This document shows positions 28,759 through 41,046 of a stretch of 64,000 bases of DNA, piece after piece. The stretch spans positions 64,001 to 128,000 of the forward strand of contig JBAXAI010000004.1 of assembly GCA_037142615.1 (NCBI GenBank), read 5' to 3'. The notes below the pieces were generated by a model. It searched no databases. It was given only the letters and a program-made list of their open reading frames with translations, and was not told the DNA's origin. Made by a program: the position numbers and the translations under genes. Origin of the DNA: Spirochaetales bacterium. Its GTDB lineage: Bacteria > Spirochaetota > Spirochaetia > JABEVK01. Numbering within the stretch: position 1 is the stretch's first letter; every line of letters starts with the position of its first letter.

Positions 28759-29883
28759 TTGTCCGATTTTTCTATTCTATCTCGCTGGGGTTGGAACTCC
28801 CGCTGGCATGCCGTGTGGAATGGTCTGCTTCAGTCGCTGTCTGGCACCACGCTCGCTACTTCCGGCTTGTTCCCGGCCAAAGTGACCGGCAGGGAAGGGC
28901 CCCTTTTTGCGCTGGAGACCCCCGAGGGCTCGGCTTGGGGTCACCTTTCAGGCCGCTTTCGCCACGAAGCCGTGGCCCTGGATCTTCCGCTCGTAGGGGA
29001 CTGGGTTGCCGTTCAGTCTGCCGAGGTGGGCAAGGCCGTGATCCACGCGGTGCTGCCACGCCGCACCCTGTTCTCGCGCATGGTCGTCAAGGGCCAAACA
29101 GAAACCAACAGTCCGCTGGCTGCCAACTTGGATGTGCTGGGCATCGTCACCGGCCTCGACGCCAACTTTAACCCTCAGCGGGCTCAGCGGTTGGCTACTC
29201 TGGCTCGTCAGGGTGGAATCCTCCCCCTCTGGATCCTGAGCAAGGCCGACCTGCCCGGTGCCGAGGCCAAAGTGACGCTGGCGCGCAAGGCGGCAGGCTC
29301 CGACCCGGTGATAGCGCTCAGCCCGCTGACCGGCGAAGGGGTGACCGACCTCGACCCCTGGTTGCAACCAGGCTGGACCGTCGCTCTGGCGGGCTCGTCG
29401 GGGGTGGGAAAAACCACGCTGACCAACCTTCTGCGCCAATCCTCTGGCGCGGGAAATGACCTCGATACCGGCGAAGTGCGCGCCGCCGACAGCAAGGGGC
29501 GCCACACGACGACCAGCCGACACCTCTACCGCCTCGAGAACGGGACGCTGCTGATGGATGCCCCCGGCTTCCGGACGGTGGGGCTTTGGGCCGACGAAGA
29601 GGCGCTCGAGGAAAGCTTTGCCGACATTGCTGAACTTGCGCTCAAATGCCGTTTCGACGACTGCAGTCACGAAGGGGAGCCCGGTTGCGCGGTCCGTGAC
29701 GCGCTTGACTCAGGCGAACTGGATGTCGGTCGGTGGAAGGGCTGGCAAAAGCAGTTGCGCGAAGTGCGGCACCTGGAGCGCCAAGGCGATATTGTCGCCC
29801 AGCGGGCCGAACGCGACAAGTGGCGGGGCATCCACCAAAGCATGCGAGGGTTCAGCAAAGAAAGGCGGGCCGGGGGGCGGTGA
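28759..29883 (+). CDS. rsgA: Ribosome small subunit-dependent GTPase A (long form)
   Basis: VGDWV, SKAD, GSSGVGKTT, GRHTTT, DAPG and Zn motif CRFDDCSHEGEPGC; TTG start. Confidence 0.93.
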   Translation: MSDFSILSRWGWNSRWHAVWNGLLQSLSGTTLATSGLFPAKVTGREGPLFALETPEGSAWGHLSGRFRHEAVALDLPLVGDWVAVQSAEVGKAVIHAVLPRRTLFSRMVVKGQTETNSPLAANLDVLGIVTGLDANFNPQRAQRLATLARQGGILPLWILSKADLPGAEAKVTLARKAAGSDPVIALSPLTGEGVTDLDPWLQPGWTVALAGSSGVGKTTLTNLLRQSSGAGNDLDTGEVRAADSKGRHTTTSRHLYRLENGTLLMDAPGFRTVGLWADEEALEESFADIAELALKCRFDDCSHEGEPGCAVRDALDSGELDVGRWKGWQKQLREVRHLERQGDIVAQRAERDKWRGIHQSMRGFSKERRAGGR

Positions 29884-29897
29884 GGCCCCCCAGACTA

Positions 29898-31475
29898 CTA
29901 ATACTTTCCGGTACCGAAGTTGACGCCGACATTGAGGGTCAGCTTCTTGCCCTGAAACTGAAGCGGGAACTGGGTTCCAGCGTCGCCCCAGACGACGTTG
30001 GCGCCCACGTTCAGGCTCAGCTCGTCCCACGGGGAGTAGCTGAAGCTAGGCTTTGCCCAGCCTGACCAGTCGCTCAGGTTTTGTTGCACCAGGGCGCTGA
30101 AGTTGACCTTGGTGCCGAGGAGCTTACTCAAGCTGACCAGCGAGGTCAGGTTGTGAATGCCAGGGTTGGCCACGTCGCCGAAGCCGTAGACCCGGTCCGC
30201 ATGGTTCACCGGATCGATGTAGGCCGTCTTGGTCGCGCTGACTTGTCCCAGGCCGAAGGTGTTGAACGCACGCTGAGCGTACCCCGCCTCGTCGCTGCCG
30301 AAGGGATTGTACCAGTACTCGGTACGCAGGCTGAAGTTGAGATCGCTGTTGCTGTAGCTGGCACCCACGGTGCCGGTGTAGTAGATGGTTGTGGCATCGT
30401 ATTTGTCGATCGACGCGAAGATGTCCTTGGTTCCAACGCTCGGAATGGTGATGGTTTTGGTACCCGTACCATGGAGCACGTCGGCGCCGTAGAGCGCAAT
30501 TCCTTCCGAAAACAGATTGACCTTGTTCAGTTCTGGAATCGGCAAGAAGCCCAGGCCTGTGTTGAGGGTGGCGACAGCCTTGGGCGCATTGTTCTTCTGG
30601 TAGAAGCCCCCGACGCTCAGTTGTGCTTCACCAACGAGAATGTCACCCTGAAGCGCGTAGCCCGGAAGTTCGAGCGTCGGTGTCACTGCTTTGCCGGTGG
30701 TCGGGTCAAGAAAGTACTCGTCGCGCAAAATCACGTAGGCAGCGAGGTTTGCTTTCTGGTTGGGGAAGGGGAGGGTGGCATTGAGGGCCACCGGACCTTC
30801 GCGGCTGGCCGTTGGGTCGGTGGCGTCCTTGGCCGTGAGCGAAATCACGTCGCCGGGGCTGTAAAAGTACGCCACTCCCCAACTGGCCGACTGCTTGCCG
30901 AAGCGCAAAAACAGCGTGTCGGCGATGGTCACGTCGGTGTACATTTCCCAAATCTTGAGGTTGGGAATCTCGAGGGTCGTGGACGTCGTCGTCACACCTG
31001 CGGCGATCGGGCCAACGGCGGCGTTGTAGGTCGCCCCTGTCAGCACCGATTTGTCGTTCGTGAAGGGTGCACCGGCCTTGAGGCCCAGGTGAAAGCGGAA
31101 GTCAGCACTTGGGCGACCGTCGAGGTTAAGCGACGTCGAAAGGTTGTAGCCCAGCGACTCGGTGTAGTTCTTGGCCAGGTCGGCGGTGTCGGGCCAATCG
31201 GTCCAGCTGCCATTCCAAGTGGCCCCACTCGAAACATTGCCACCCCAACGAATGCCTTGGGCAGACTGGGTAAACGCAGCGGTGGGGTCTACCTTGGTCG
31301 CCGAAGCCGGCTTGGGGGCTTCGACGAGAACGGCATCCTCGCCAAAAAAGTCGTCGGATGCGGCAGCGTTTTCGTCGGCCGTCTGGGCGGCGATACCTGC
31401 GGGAAGTGCCATCAGACCAAGGGCAACAAGCAGGGTCCAGAGCGCCCAGTTGGACTTGCGGGTTGGGAGGTTCAT
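29898..31475 (-). CDS. Exported protein, probable outer-membrane beta-barrel
   Basis: Signal peptide; alternating beta-strand pattern; LRFGKQSASWG; aromatic C-terminus; last gene of the ABC/LolA-like operon. Confidence 0.6.
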   Translation of the reverse strand: MNLPTRKSNWALWTLLVALGLMALPAGIAAQTADENAAASDDFFGEDAVLVEAPKPASATKVDPTAAFTQSAQGIRWGGNVSSGATWNGSWTDWPDTADLAKNYTESLGYNLSTSLNLDGRPSADFRFHLGLKAGAPFTNDKSVLTGATYNAAVGPIAAGVTTTSTTLEIPNLKIWEMYTDVTIADTLFLRFGKQSASWGVAYFYSPGDVISLTAKDATDPTASREGPVALNATLPFPNQKANLAAYVILRDEYFLDPTTGKAVTPTLELPGYALQGDILVGEAQLSVGGFYQKNNAPKAVATLNTGLGFLPIPELNKVNLFSEGIALYGADVLHGTGTKTITIPSVGTKDIFASIDKYDATTIYYTGTVGASYSNSDLNFSLRTEYWYNPFGSDEAGYAQRAFNTFGLGQVSATKTAYIDPVNHADRVYGFGDVANPGIHNLTSLVSLSKLLGTKVNFSALVQQNLSDWSGWAKPSFSYSPWDELSLNVGANVVWGDAGTQFPLQFQGKKLTLNVGVNFGTGKY

Positions 31476-31485
31476 CGGCGGCTCC

Positions 31486-32235
31486 TTACTCGTTCACTTT
31501 CTTGAGGTAGGCCTGGCTGAACACGCTGTCGGCCAGTTTCTCGGGCGAGAAGTTCTCGATCTTGATCGTGGTCACTTCGCCTTTTTTCAGCTCGTCCTGG
31601 ATGCGGACCAACTGGGCGATGTACTTGCCTTCGACCGGAAGGTACTTGCCGTACATGCTGGTACGTAGCAGGCGGTCCGACAGCGAGTAGGCCTCGGCCT
31701 GCAGCAACAGCCCCGTCGCCTTGTCGACCCAGATTTTCTGCTTGGGGTAGGTGACTTCGTTGGTCTTGCCCTTGAGGGTCAGGATCCAGGTCTCCAGCTT
31801 GCCAAGGGCGCCGGTGGAAGAACCTTCGATCGTGTAGTCGCCGCTGAGGGTGCTGTTCTGAAAGTCGGAGTTCTTGGCGTTGGAGTCCTGGAAGTTCCCC
31901 GCTCCGGTCTGCTTGGCGAACTTGCCGCTCGAAGGATCGTAGAAGAAGATGTTGGTATCGATCTTCAGGTAGCCTTGGCCTTTGTTGATCTCGGGCTTGA
32001 GGATGAGCAGCAAGAACTTGCCTTCGGTGTCGCGGCGGAAGTACTGCGCTTGCAGCACGTTATCGGGCTCGCTGGGTTTGCGAGTGGTCACCGTGATCTG
32101 CGCCGAGATATCGGTCTTCTTAAAGTTGGTCTGGTCGTCGATCTTGGCTAGAATCGCGTTGAAGTCCGGGTCGGCGGCGAACACGGTGCTGGCAAGCACC
32201 AGCGAGGCGGTCAGGGTCAAAAGCAGTCGTTTCAT
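31486..32235 (-). CDS. LolA-like outer-membrane lipoprotein-sorting family protein
   Basis: Signal peptide; KGQGYLK, SDF, YPKQKIWVD, FSQAYL. Confidence 0.8.
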   Translation of the reverse strand: MKRLLLTLTASLVLASTVFAADPDFNAILAKIDDQTNFKKTDISAQITVTTRKPSEPDNVLQAQYFRRDTEGKFLLLILKPEINKGQGYLKIDTNIFFYDPSSGKFAKQTGAGNFQDSNAKNSDFQNSTLSGDYTIEGSSTGALGKLETWILTLKGKTNEVTYPKQKIWVDKATGLLLQAEAYSLSDRLLRTSMYGKYLPVEGKYIAQLVRIQDELKKGEVTTIKIENFSPEKLADSVFSQAYLKKVNE

Positions 32236-32253
32236 TCAGGGTTCCTTTGTCGG

Positions 32254-33552
32254 TTAATTGGTGGTCCGCAGCGCTTCGGCCGGGGTGAGGTTGCCCGCGC
32301 GACGCGCAGGAAAGAAGGCCGCCACGCCGGTGAGGCCGACGATCACGAGCAGGTTGAGGGCGAACGAGCCGAGGTTGACCTGCAACTGCAGGTGGTTATC
32401 CTTCAGCAGAATGTTGAAGTCCTTCCAGGCCGAAAGGTCGACCCAGGACAGGCCCACCAGAATGGCGACGCCCACAAGGAAGCCGACCAGGATGCCGGCC
32501 AGCCCGAGGAAGATGGCCTCGTACAGGAACAAGTTGCGCACATCGGGCCTTTGCATTCCCAGCGCACGCAGCGTGCCGATCTCGCGGGTACGCTCGTACA
32601 CCACCATGCGGTAGGTGTTGGTAATCCCCACCATGATGACCACGAAAAGCACCAGCAGAATCAGGAAGGCGATCAGGTTCAGCGTCTGGAAGATGCCCTT
32701 GATGAAGGCCAGGATGTCGTTAAGGGTGTACAAGCTGTACTTTACGCCTTCCCAAGTTTCGTCGCGGTACTGCTTTTGCGTGTCTTGCAGGCCCCCGCGG
32801 GCAAAAAAGGCCAAGCCCTTGGCCTTGAGTTCGTCGAACAGCGCCGAACCCAGGGCATCGGCCGTCGACACGTCTTTGAGGTAGATGCCAAAGGTGGTGA
32901 ACTCGCCCGGCTTCATGTCGCGCAGCGCATTCACACGGTCGAGCGGCGCGTAGGCTCCGGCCAGACTGGCCGCCACCCCCGGGTCCTTGTAGATGGCGCG
33001 GAGGTAGAAATCGACCACGTTCTGCTGGCCGGTGACCGTCTCACCCTGCACCGAAATCCGGTCGCCCAGCTGCACGTTGAGCTTCTTGGCCACGCTCTCG
33101 GAAATCACGATGTTGTCGGCGCTGTCGAAGTCGTCGAGTTGTCCTTCCACGATCGTCAGCTTGTCGTGCAGGTAACTTCCAGGGCCCAGGTTGACTCCTG
33201 AAAGCGACTGATAGTTGGTGGAAAAGTCGGACACCAGCGCCACCGACTGCACCGCCGTGGTCTTGGACACGTAGCTGTAGGGAATCTGCAGCTTGTCCAC
33301 GGCAGCCTGAAACACGTCGGCGTCCTTGAGGGTCAGGATCACCCGTCCTGTTGAGGTTTTTTCGGCGCCACGCAAGATGATGTGGCCGGGAATCAGATTG
33401 CTGATGTTGGCTTCGAGCGAGGTGATGAGGCTTGCCGACAGGCCGTTGACGACCGTGATCACCAACAGTCCAAAAGCGATGGCACCACCGAGGAGCACCG
33501 AACGGCGTTTCTGCCGCGAAAGATTTTTCAAAGCCATAGAGGCGACGGACAT
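32254..33552 (-). CDS. ABC transporter permease (MacB/FtsX/LolE-like)
   Basis: ALKNLSRQKRRS, ERTREIGTLRALGM, PARRA...EALR; ATG at 33552 with GGAG RBS. Confidence 0.9.
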   Translation of the reverse strand: MSVASMALKNLSRQKRRSVLLGGAIAFGLLVITVVNGLSASLITSLEANISNLIPGHIILRGAEKTSTGRVILTLKDADVFQAAVDKLQIPYSYVSKTTAVQSVALVSDFSTNYQSLSGVNLGPGSYLHDKLTIVEGQLDDFDSADNIVISESVAKKLNVQLGDRISVQGETVTGQQNVVDFYLRAIYKDPGVAASLAGAYAPLDRVNALRDMKPGEFTTFGIYLKDVSTADALGSALFDELKAKGLAFFARGGLQDTQKQYRDETWEGVKYSLYTLNDILAFIKGIFQTLNLIAFLILLVLFVVIMVGITNTYRMVVYERTREIGTLRALGMQRPDVRNLFLYEAIFLGLAGILVGFLVGVAILVGLSWVDLSAWKDFNILLKDNHLQLQVNLGSFALNLLVIVGLTGVAAFFPARRAGNLTPAEALRTTN

Positions 33553-33560
33553 GGTTTCTC

Positions 33561-35018
33561 CTATTCCGTGGCGATCGCCTTGAGCGGCGACACCTTGAGA
33601 GCGATCGAGACGGGGTAGATCCAGCTGACAACCCCGATAAAAAGGGTGAAGCCGATGGCAAGGGCCACCTGCACCAGGCTGAGTTCCGGGTGGAGATTCT
33701 TGGCTCCAAAGAGAACCTGCAGGAACTCGTTGTCGAGACTGAGCCCCAGCGCGTTGATGATCAGCACCGAGATGGAACCCAGCACAATGCCCACCAACCC
33801 GAAGAACCCAGCAAGCGTCATGGTCTCCCACACGAACAGCGCTCTCACAAAGGGCTTTTGAGCACCCAGGGCCCGCATGGTGCCGATTTCGCTGGTACGC
33901 TCCATCACCGAGATCACCAGCGTGTTGATGATGATGATGACGGCCACAATGGCGAGAATGATGATGACGATGTTGAAGATCACCTGAGCGGCATCGGTCA
34001 GGCTGGCCGAGGCGCCTGCGGCTTCCTTCCAGCCCACGGCTTTGAGCGGCCACTTTTTGTCGGCGAAAGTCTTGTTCAGATCGCTAATCATTGTGGCGGG
34101 CGATTGTCCGTCTTTGAGGCGGATCATGACGTCGTGCCAGGCACCGCTGTCGATGGTGGCCAGTTCGGCCCGCTGGGACTTGTCGCCCAGCACGTTGTTG
34201 AGGTCGACCTTGGCTTTGGGGGCGGGGGCCGCAGAAACAGCCCCCTCGCTGAAGAAGTCGTCACCCGAGTCGAGCACCTTCGCGGTATCGGCGTCGATCG
34301 CCGTCTTTGCGGCGGTTCCCACCGTCATGGCGTTGAGGGCGCGCAGTGTCTGCACGTCGATGAAGCTGACGATTTCGAGGGCCTGAGTAGGCACAATGTA
34401 CTCGTACACGCCGACCAAGGGAACCGTACGGATCTTGAGGCCCGACTTGCTGAACCCCTGGAGCGTAATCTCCTGCCCCAGCTTGAGATTAACCTTGTTC
34501 TGCTTGGCAATGTCGGCGACGCGTTTCTTGCTCATCATGATGCCGACTTGGCCTGGCTTCAGCATTTGGCCTTCGACGATCTTGATGCTGTGGAAGGTGT
34601 TGAAGTAACTCTCGGGGTCGATGCCGAACAGAAGGTTGAAGCCCATGCCGCGTTCGTCGAAATTGAGGATGCCGAAGCCGCTGACCTGCGCCGAAAACGA
34701 CGACACTGCGGGGTTGGCCTTGAGAAGGTCCAGCAGTTCCGGATAGTTCTGGATCACAGGGGTCGGTTCGCCGCCCATTCCGGAGGTAAAATCCTCGCTG
34801 CCAAACAGCGAGAACGTCTTTTCGCTTTGCCCCTGGATCATCACGTCGCCGGTGAAGTTCTCGCTGTAGCCGCGCTTGACACCCTTGGCCGCCGACTCGA
34901 ACAGGCTGTTGCCCACAAACGTGAGTGTGATGCCCAGCGTGATCAGCGCACCCACAATGAGCGTCTTGACTTTGTGCTGAACCAAATTGCGCAGCGCAAT
35001 CTTAAAAATGGTGCCCAT
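33561..35018 (-). CDS. ABC transporter permease (MacB/FtsX/LolE-like)
   Basis: IALRNL, ERTSEIGTMRALGA; large periplasmic loop. Confidence 0.9.
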   Translation of the reverse strand: MGTIFKIALRNLVQHKVKTLIVGALITLGITLTFVGNSLFESAAKGVKRGYSENFTGDVMIQGQSEKTFSLFGSEDFTSGMGGEPTPVIQNYPELLDLLKANPAVSSFSAQVSGFGILNFDERGMGFNLLFGIDPESYFNTFHSIKIVEGQMLKPGQVGIMMSKKRVADIAKQNKVNLKLGQEITLQGFSKSGLKIRTVPLVGVYEYIVPTQALEIVSFIDVQTLRALNAMTVGTAAKTAIDADTAKVLDSGDDFFSEGAVSAAPAPKAKVDLNNVLGDKSQRAELATIDSGAWHDVMIRLKDGQSPATMISDLNKTFADKKWPLKAVGWKEAAGASASLTDAAQVIFNIVIIILAIVAVIIIINTLVISVMERTSEIGTMRALGAQKPFVRALFVWETMTLAGFFGLVGIVLGSISVLIINALGLSLDNEFLQVLFGAKNLHPELSLVQVALAIGFTLFIGVVSWIYPVSIALKVSPLKAIATE

Positions 35019-35020
35019 CC

Positions 35021-35731
35021 CTAAGACCCCGAAGTCTTCGACATCGCCCGGTAGTTCTCGGTGATCAGGCCGTCCTTCAGGCGGATGATGTGGTCAGCAA
35101 GCTCGACAATTTTGGCGTCGTGGGTGCTGAAGATGAACGTCGTCTTGAGGTCTTTGTTGATCTTCTTCATCAGATTCAGGATGTCGTCGCCGGTCTGGCT
35201 GTCCAGGTTGGCCGTCGGTTCGTCGGCGAGCACGATCACCGGCTTGGTGACCAGAGCCCGGGCAATCGCCACGCGCTGCCGCTGTCCGCCAGAAAGCTCG
35301 TTGGGACGGTTGCGGATGCGGTCGGCCAGGCCCACTTCCTCGATCAGAAAATCGACGTATTCCTTGCGTTCCTTGGTCATCTTGTTGTCTTTCCCAAGCA
35401 AGAGCGGGAACTCGATGTTCTCGCGGGTCGTCAGCACCGGAATGAGGTTGAAACTCTGGAAGATGAACCCGATGGTTTCGTGGCGCAGCAACGTGATCTC
35501 GCGGTCTTTCATCGTTCCCACATCTTTTCCGTTGATGAGTACCTGCCCGTCGGTGGCGGTATCGATGAGCCCGATCAGGTTGAGGATGGTCGACTTACCG
35601 GAACCCGAGGGCCCGGCAATCGAGATAAAGTCGCCTTGTTCAATCTCGAAACTGACCCCTTTGACGGCCTCGACCGTTGTTTTTCCCAGGGCGTAGAATT
35701 TTTTGGCGTTCTTGACTTCGACAATGCTCAA
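35021..35731 (-). CDS. ABC transporter ATP-binding protein (LolD-like)
   Basis: GPSGSGKST, LSGGQRQRVAIARA, ADEPTANLD; TTG start with AGGAG RBS. Confidence 0.95.
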   Translation of the reverse strand: MSIVEVKNAKKFYALGKTTVEAVKGVSFEIEQGDFISIAGPSGSGKSTILNLIGLIDTATDGQVLINGKDVGTMKDREITLLRHETIGFIFQSFNLIPVLTTRENIEFPLLLGKDNKMTKERKEYVDFLIEEVGLADRIRNRPNELSGGQRQRVAIARALVTKPVIVLADEPTANLDSQTGDDILNLMKKINKDLKTTFIFSTHDAKIVELADHIIRLKDGLITENYRAMSKTSGS

Positions 35732-35786
35732 GAAGGACTCCTTATGAGCGGAAGCTCGGATGATAGGCTCAAAGTAGCGACGGATT

Positions 35787-35801
35787 AATTGAACGTCAAT
35801 T
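35787..35801. promoter_or_regulatory. Palindromic candidate operator AATTGA-ACG-TCAATT
   Basis: Perfect 6-bp inverted repeat about 55 bp upstream of the ABC operon start. Confidence 0.4.
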
Positions 35802-36080
35802 CAGAATAGGAAGACCTGTCTGCATTTCACAATTCTTTCAGAATCCACAAACATGACAAAGAATTAATGTTGGCGTCTGTGACTCGGGTTCGCAGAGATT
35901 TGGACTCAAGTGAGTCATTTTGAAGCAGTGACAGCTTGACCCTCCGACGTGGGTGTCAAACTGCCCCAAGTCGCTCGAAGTGGCTCCCCCCAGGTCGCAA
36001 AGGTTCGCTCGAAGCAGGGTATGCCTCGCGTTCCAGCCTGGGTATATTAGGCAACGTTCCCTCGCGATGGAGGTTTTTTG

Positions 36081-36716
36081 GTGCCCGATGACGACAAAGA
36101 AGCGGCCGAGCCCGCAAATGATGCGAAAGCCACAGCAGTCGATGCGGCGCCTACCTTGGTAGCGACGGTTTTCCAAGCCGACCTGGACAGCGTGACCGCA
36201 GAACTGGAGTCTTCCCGTAAGCAAGCGTCTGACCTCGAAACCCTCGTGGCAGAGCAAAAGGCTCTGGTTGCAGATCTTCAGGATCAATTGCTTCGCAAGG
36301 CGGCCGATTTTGACAACTACCGCAAGCGCATGCTCAAGGAAAAGGAAGAGGCCCGCCTGTTCGCCAACACGGGTCTTCTGGAAGACCTCGTAGATGTGCT
36401 CGACAACTTTGAACGGGCTATTCGGTCTTCCGAAGCGGCACGCGACTACGACGGCTTCCATTCTGGCATCGTGATGATCGAAGACCAGTTCGCTTCGATG
36501 CTCGAACGCAAGTACAACCTGAAGAAAATGGATTCGGCTGGCAAACCGTTCGCCCCCGAACTGCACGAGGCCATCGCTATGGAACCGGCGGCCGAAGGGC
36601 AGGACATCGTGGTGGTTGAGGAATACCAGAAGGGCTACCAACTGCACGACCGTGTCTTGCGCACGGCAAAAGTCAAGGTCGGACCCGCTGCAAAAGAAGA
36701 GAAAAAAGGAGAATAG
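36081..36716 (+). CDS. grpE: Nucleotide exchange factor GrpE
   Basis: [35 protein letters not shown]; GGAGG RBS. Confidence 0.96.
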   Translation: MPDDDKEAAEPANDAKATAVDAAPTLVATVFQADLDSVTAELESSRKQASDLETLVAEQKALVADLQDQLLRKAADFDNYRKRMLKEKEEARLFANTGLLEDLVDVLDNFERAIRSSEAARDYDGFHSGIVMIEDQFASMLERKYNLKKMDSAGKPFAPELHEAIAMEPAAEGQDIVVVEEYQKGYQLHDRVLRTAKVKVGPAAKEEKKGE

Positions 36717-36718
36717 TC

Positions 36719-38683
<1,965 letters not shown>

Positions 38684-38707
38684 GTTCCCGATCCGAAGAG
38701 GTACCCG

Positions 38708-39820
38708 ATGGCGAAACGCGACTACTATGAAGTTCTAGGCGTCGAAAAGGGTGCCTCGGCGGACGAGATCAAGAAGGCCTATCGCAAGTTGGCCATACAG
38801 TTCCACCCCGACAAAACCGAGGGGAACAAAGCCGCGGAAGAGAAGTTCAAGGAGGCCACTGAGGCCTACGAGATCCTCTCGGACCCGCAGAAAAAGGGCC
38901 GCTACGACCAGTACGGGTTTGCCGGAGTCGATCCTTCGGCCGGTGGCGGCCAGGCGGCCTACCGGGATTTTGAAGACCTCTTCGGCGGCGGTGCGTTTGG
39001 CGACATCTTCGGCTCGTTTTTTGGAGGCGGCGGCGGTGGTCGACGCGAAAGTACGCCCCGCGGCAGTGACCTGCGCTACGACTTGGAACTGGAGTTTGCC
39101 GACGCTGCCTTTGGAAAGAAGGTTGAGCTGAGCTACACCCATAGCGTGGGCTGTTCCACCTGTAGCGGCAGTGGCGCCGAAGCGGGCTCCAAGCGCAAGG
39201 TGTGCACCACCTGCCAGGGTCAGGGTCAGGTACGCCGTTCCAGCGGTTTTTTCAGCATTGCGCAGACCTGCCCCACCTGCAATGGCGACGGGCACACCAT
39301 CGAAAAGCCTTGCAAGGCCTGCCGGGGCACCGGCACCGAGCGGAAGAAGAACCAATACGTGGTTCAGATCCCGGCCGGAATCGAAAATGGCAAACGCATC
39401 CGCATCGAAGGGCAGGGCGACGCGGGGCCGAACGGTGGCGTGGCGGGCGATTTGTACGTCTATATGCATATCAAGGACCACGAGTACTTCGAGCGCAACG
39501 GCAACGACCTGTACTGTCTGGTGCCGATCAGCTTCACGCAGGCGGCCTTGGGAAGCGAAATCAACGTCGCCACCCTCGACGGCAAAAAGATCCGGCTGAA
39601 AGTTCCCGCTGGCACCCAAACCAACAAGCTGTTCCGCATCAAAGAAGCCGGGGTGCCGTTCCTTCACACGCCGCAAAAGAAGGGTGACCTGTTCATCAAG
39701 GTCCATGTCGAGGTGCCTCAAAACGTCAACGCCAAGGCCAAGGAGTTGATGGGGCAGCTTGCTAAGCTCCTGGGTGAGGAAGACACTCCCCATCCGGTGA
39801 AGCTTTCGTCCATTGAGTAG
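38708..39820 (+). CDS. dnaJ: Chaperone DnaJ
   Basis: J domain with HPD, G/F region, four CxxCxGxG repeats. Confidence 0.98.
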   Translation: MAKRDYYEVLGVEKGASADEIKKAYRKLAIQFHPDKTEGNKAAEEKFKEATEAYEILSDPQKKGRYDQYGFAGVDPSAGGGQAAYRDFEDLFGGGAFGDIFGSFFGGGGGGRRESTPRGSDLRYDLELEFADAAFGKKVELSYTHSVGCSTCSGSGAEAGSKRKVCTTCQGQGQVRRSSGFFSIAQTCPTCNGDGHTIEKPCKACRGTGTERKKNQYVVQIPAGIENGKRIRIEGQGDAGPNGGVAGDLYVYMHIKDHEYFERNGNDLYCLVPISFTQAALGSEINVATLDGKKIRLKVPAGTQTNKLFRIKEAGVPFLHTPQKKGDLFIKVHVEVPQNVNAKAKELMGQLAKLLGEEDTPHPVKLSSIE

Positions 39821-39897
39821 AAGCGGAGCCTGACCTACCTCCCTTAACTCTGTTTGTGCACATTGACATGCTGGAGATTCCACCGGACACTGGAACG

Positions 39898-41025
39898 ATG
39901 GATCCCCACCAGGACCGAGATCTCCAACAGGCCTTCCTCACCCACTACGAGTTCTTGCGCGACAGTGGCATTCAGGCTCACATTGACCGCCTGACTGGCG
40001 AACTCCGCGGGCTTGAGGCCCTCGTCACCGAAGCGGCCGAAATCTTCCACATTTCCGAAATCGACAAGCTGACGCAGTACATCGCGCAGAAGTTGCTCGA
40101 CAAGTTCATTCCCTCGTGGCTGGCGTTTGTCGTGCAAAGTGAGTTTGGGTCGGACAAACCGACGGTGATCTGCTTTCAGAACATGAAGCGTACTGAGCCG
40201 CCGCTTTCGATTCCCAGCTTGGAGCCCTATCGCTACTTCTTCGGGTTGTCGCCAGTTCCGATCGATTTCAGCGTGTTCGAGTATATGGTGGGCCAGAGCG
40301 ATTTGACCGATGTCTTTTTGCCCTTGCGGCCCGAAAAGCTCATCCCCATCCTGGGCTTTGACGGAGTTCATGGGTTCATCGTGGTGGGAAAGAAGATCCT
40401 CGGCGAACCCTATACCGAACTCGAGATGCGCTACCTCGGTCGGCTCGTCAACTTCGTTTCGATCAGCTTTCAGAACAGCCTCCACTACCAGAGCGCCATC
40501 ACAGACCGCAAGACGCACCTGTACAATCACTCGTACTTCATGCGCCGCCTCGAGGAAGAGCAGGCCAGGATCCGCCGCTATCGAATGCCGCTCACCGTAG
40601 TGATCTTCGACATAGACCATTTCAAGCGCTTCAACACGGAGCATGGGCATCTGGCCGGTGACCTGGTGCTTGCGGAGGTAGCCCGTTGCATCGCCTCCTG
40701 CGTACGCACCGAAGACGTGCCGGCGCGTTTTGGCGGTGAGGAGTTTGTAGTCCTGTTGGTGCAATGTAAATCTGACTTCGGCCTGGTTACCGGTGAACGA
40801 ATCCGGCGCGCCGTCGAAAGCCTGAGGGTAACGTTTGAGGGCAAGGAACTGTCGGTTTCGATCAGTGCCGGGGTCGCCGAATGCCTTACCGTCGACGACC
40901 ACCTGGGACCGGAAGGCCTGCTCAAGCGCGCAGACAAGGCCCTCTACGCCTCGAAGAACCGGGGACGGAACCAAACCACGCTGTGGAACCCGTCCTTGGA
41001 CTCAGCCGAAACCGAAGTCGTTTGA
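39898..41025 (+). CDS. Diguanylate cyclase (GAF-like plus GGDEF)
   Basis: DIDHFKRFN, I-site RTED, ARFGGEEF, ADKALYASK; start chosen from promoter spacing. Confidence 0.9.
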   Translation: MDPHQDRDLQQAFLTHYEFLRDSGIQAHIDRLTGELRGLEALVTEAAEIFHISEIDKLTQYIAQKLLDKFIPSWLAFVVQSEFGSDKPTVICFQNMKRTEPPLSIPSLEPYRYFFGLSPVPIDFSVFEYMVGQSDLTDVFLPLRPEKLIPILGFDGVHGFIVVGKKILGEPYTELEMRYLGRLVNFVSISFQNSLHYQSAITDRKTHLYNHSYFMRRLEEEQARIRRYRMPLTVVIFDIDHFKRFNTEHGHLAGDLVLAEVARCIASCVRTEDVPARFGGEEFVVLLVQCKSDFGLVTGERIRRAVESLRVTFEGKELSVSISAGVAECLTVDDHLGPEGLLKRADKALYASKNRGRNQTTLWNPSLDSAETEVV

Positions 41026-41046
41026 ATACGACTCCGGTTTCGGAAC

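Noticed and set aside
35890-35916. HspR HAIR operator upstream of grpE
   Set aside because: Only the ACTCAAG half is present; the CTTGAGT half at the correct spacing is missing
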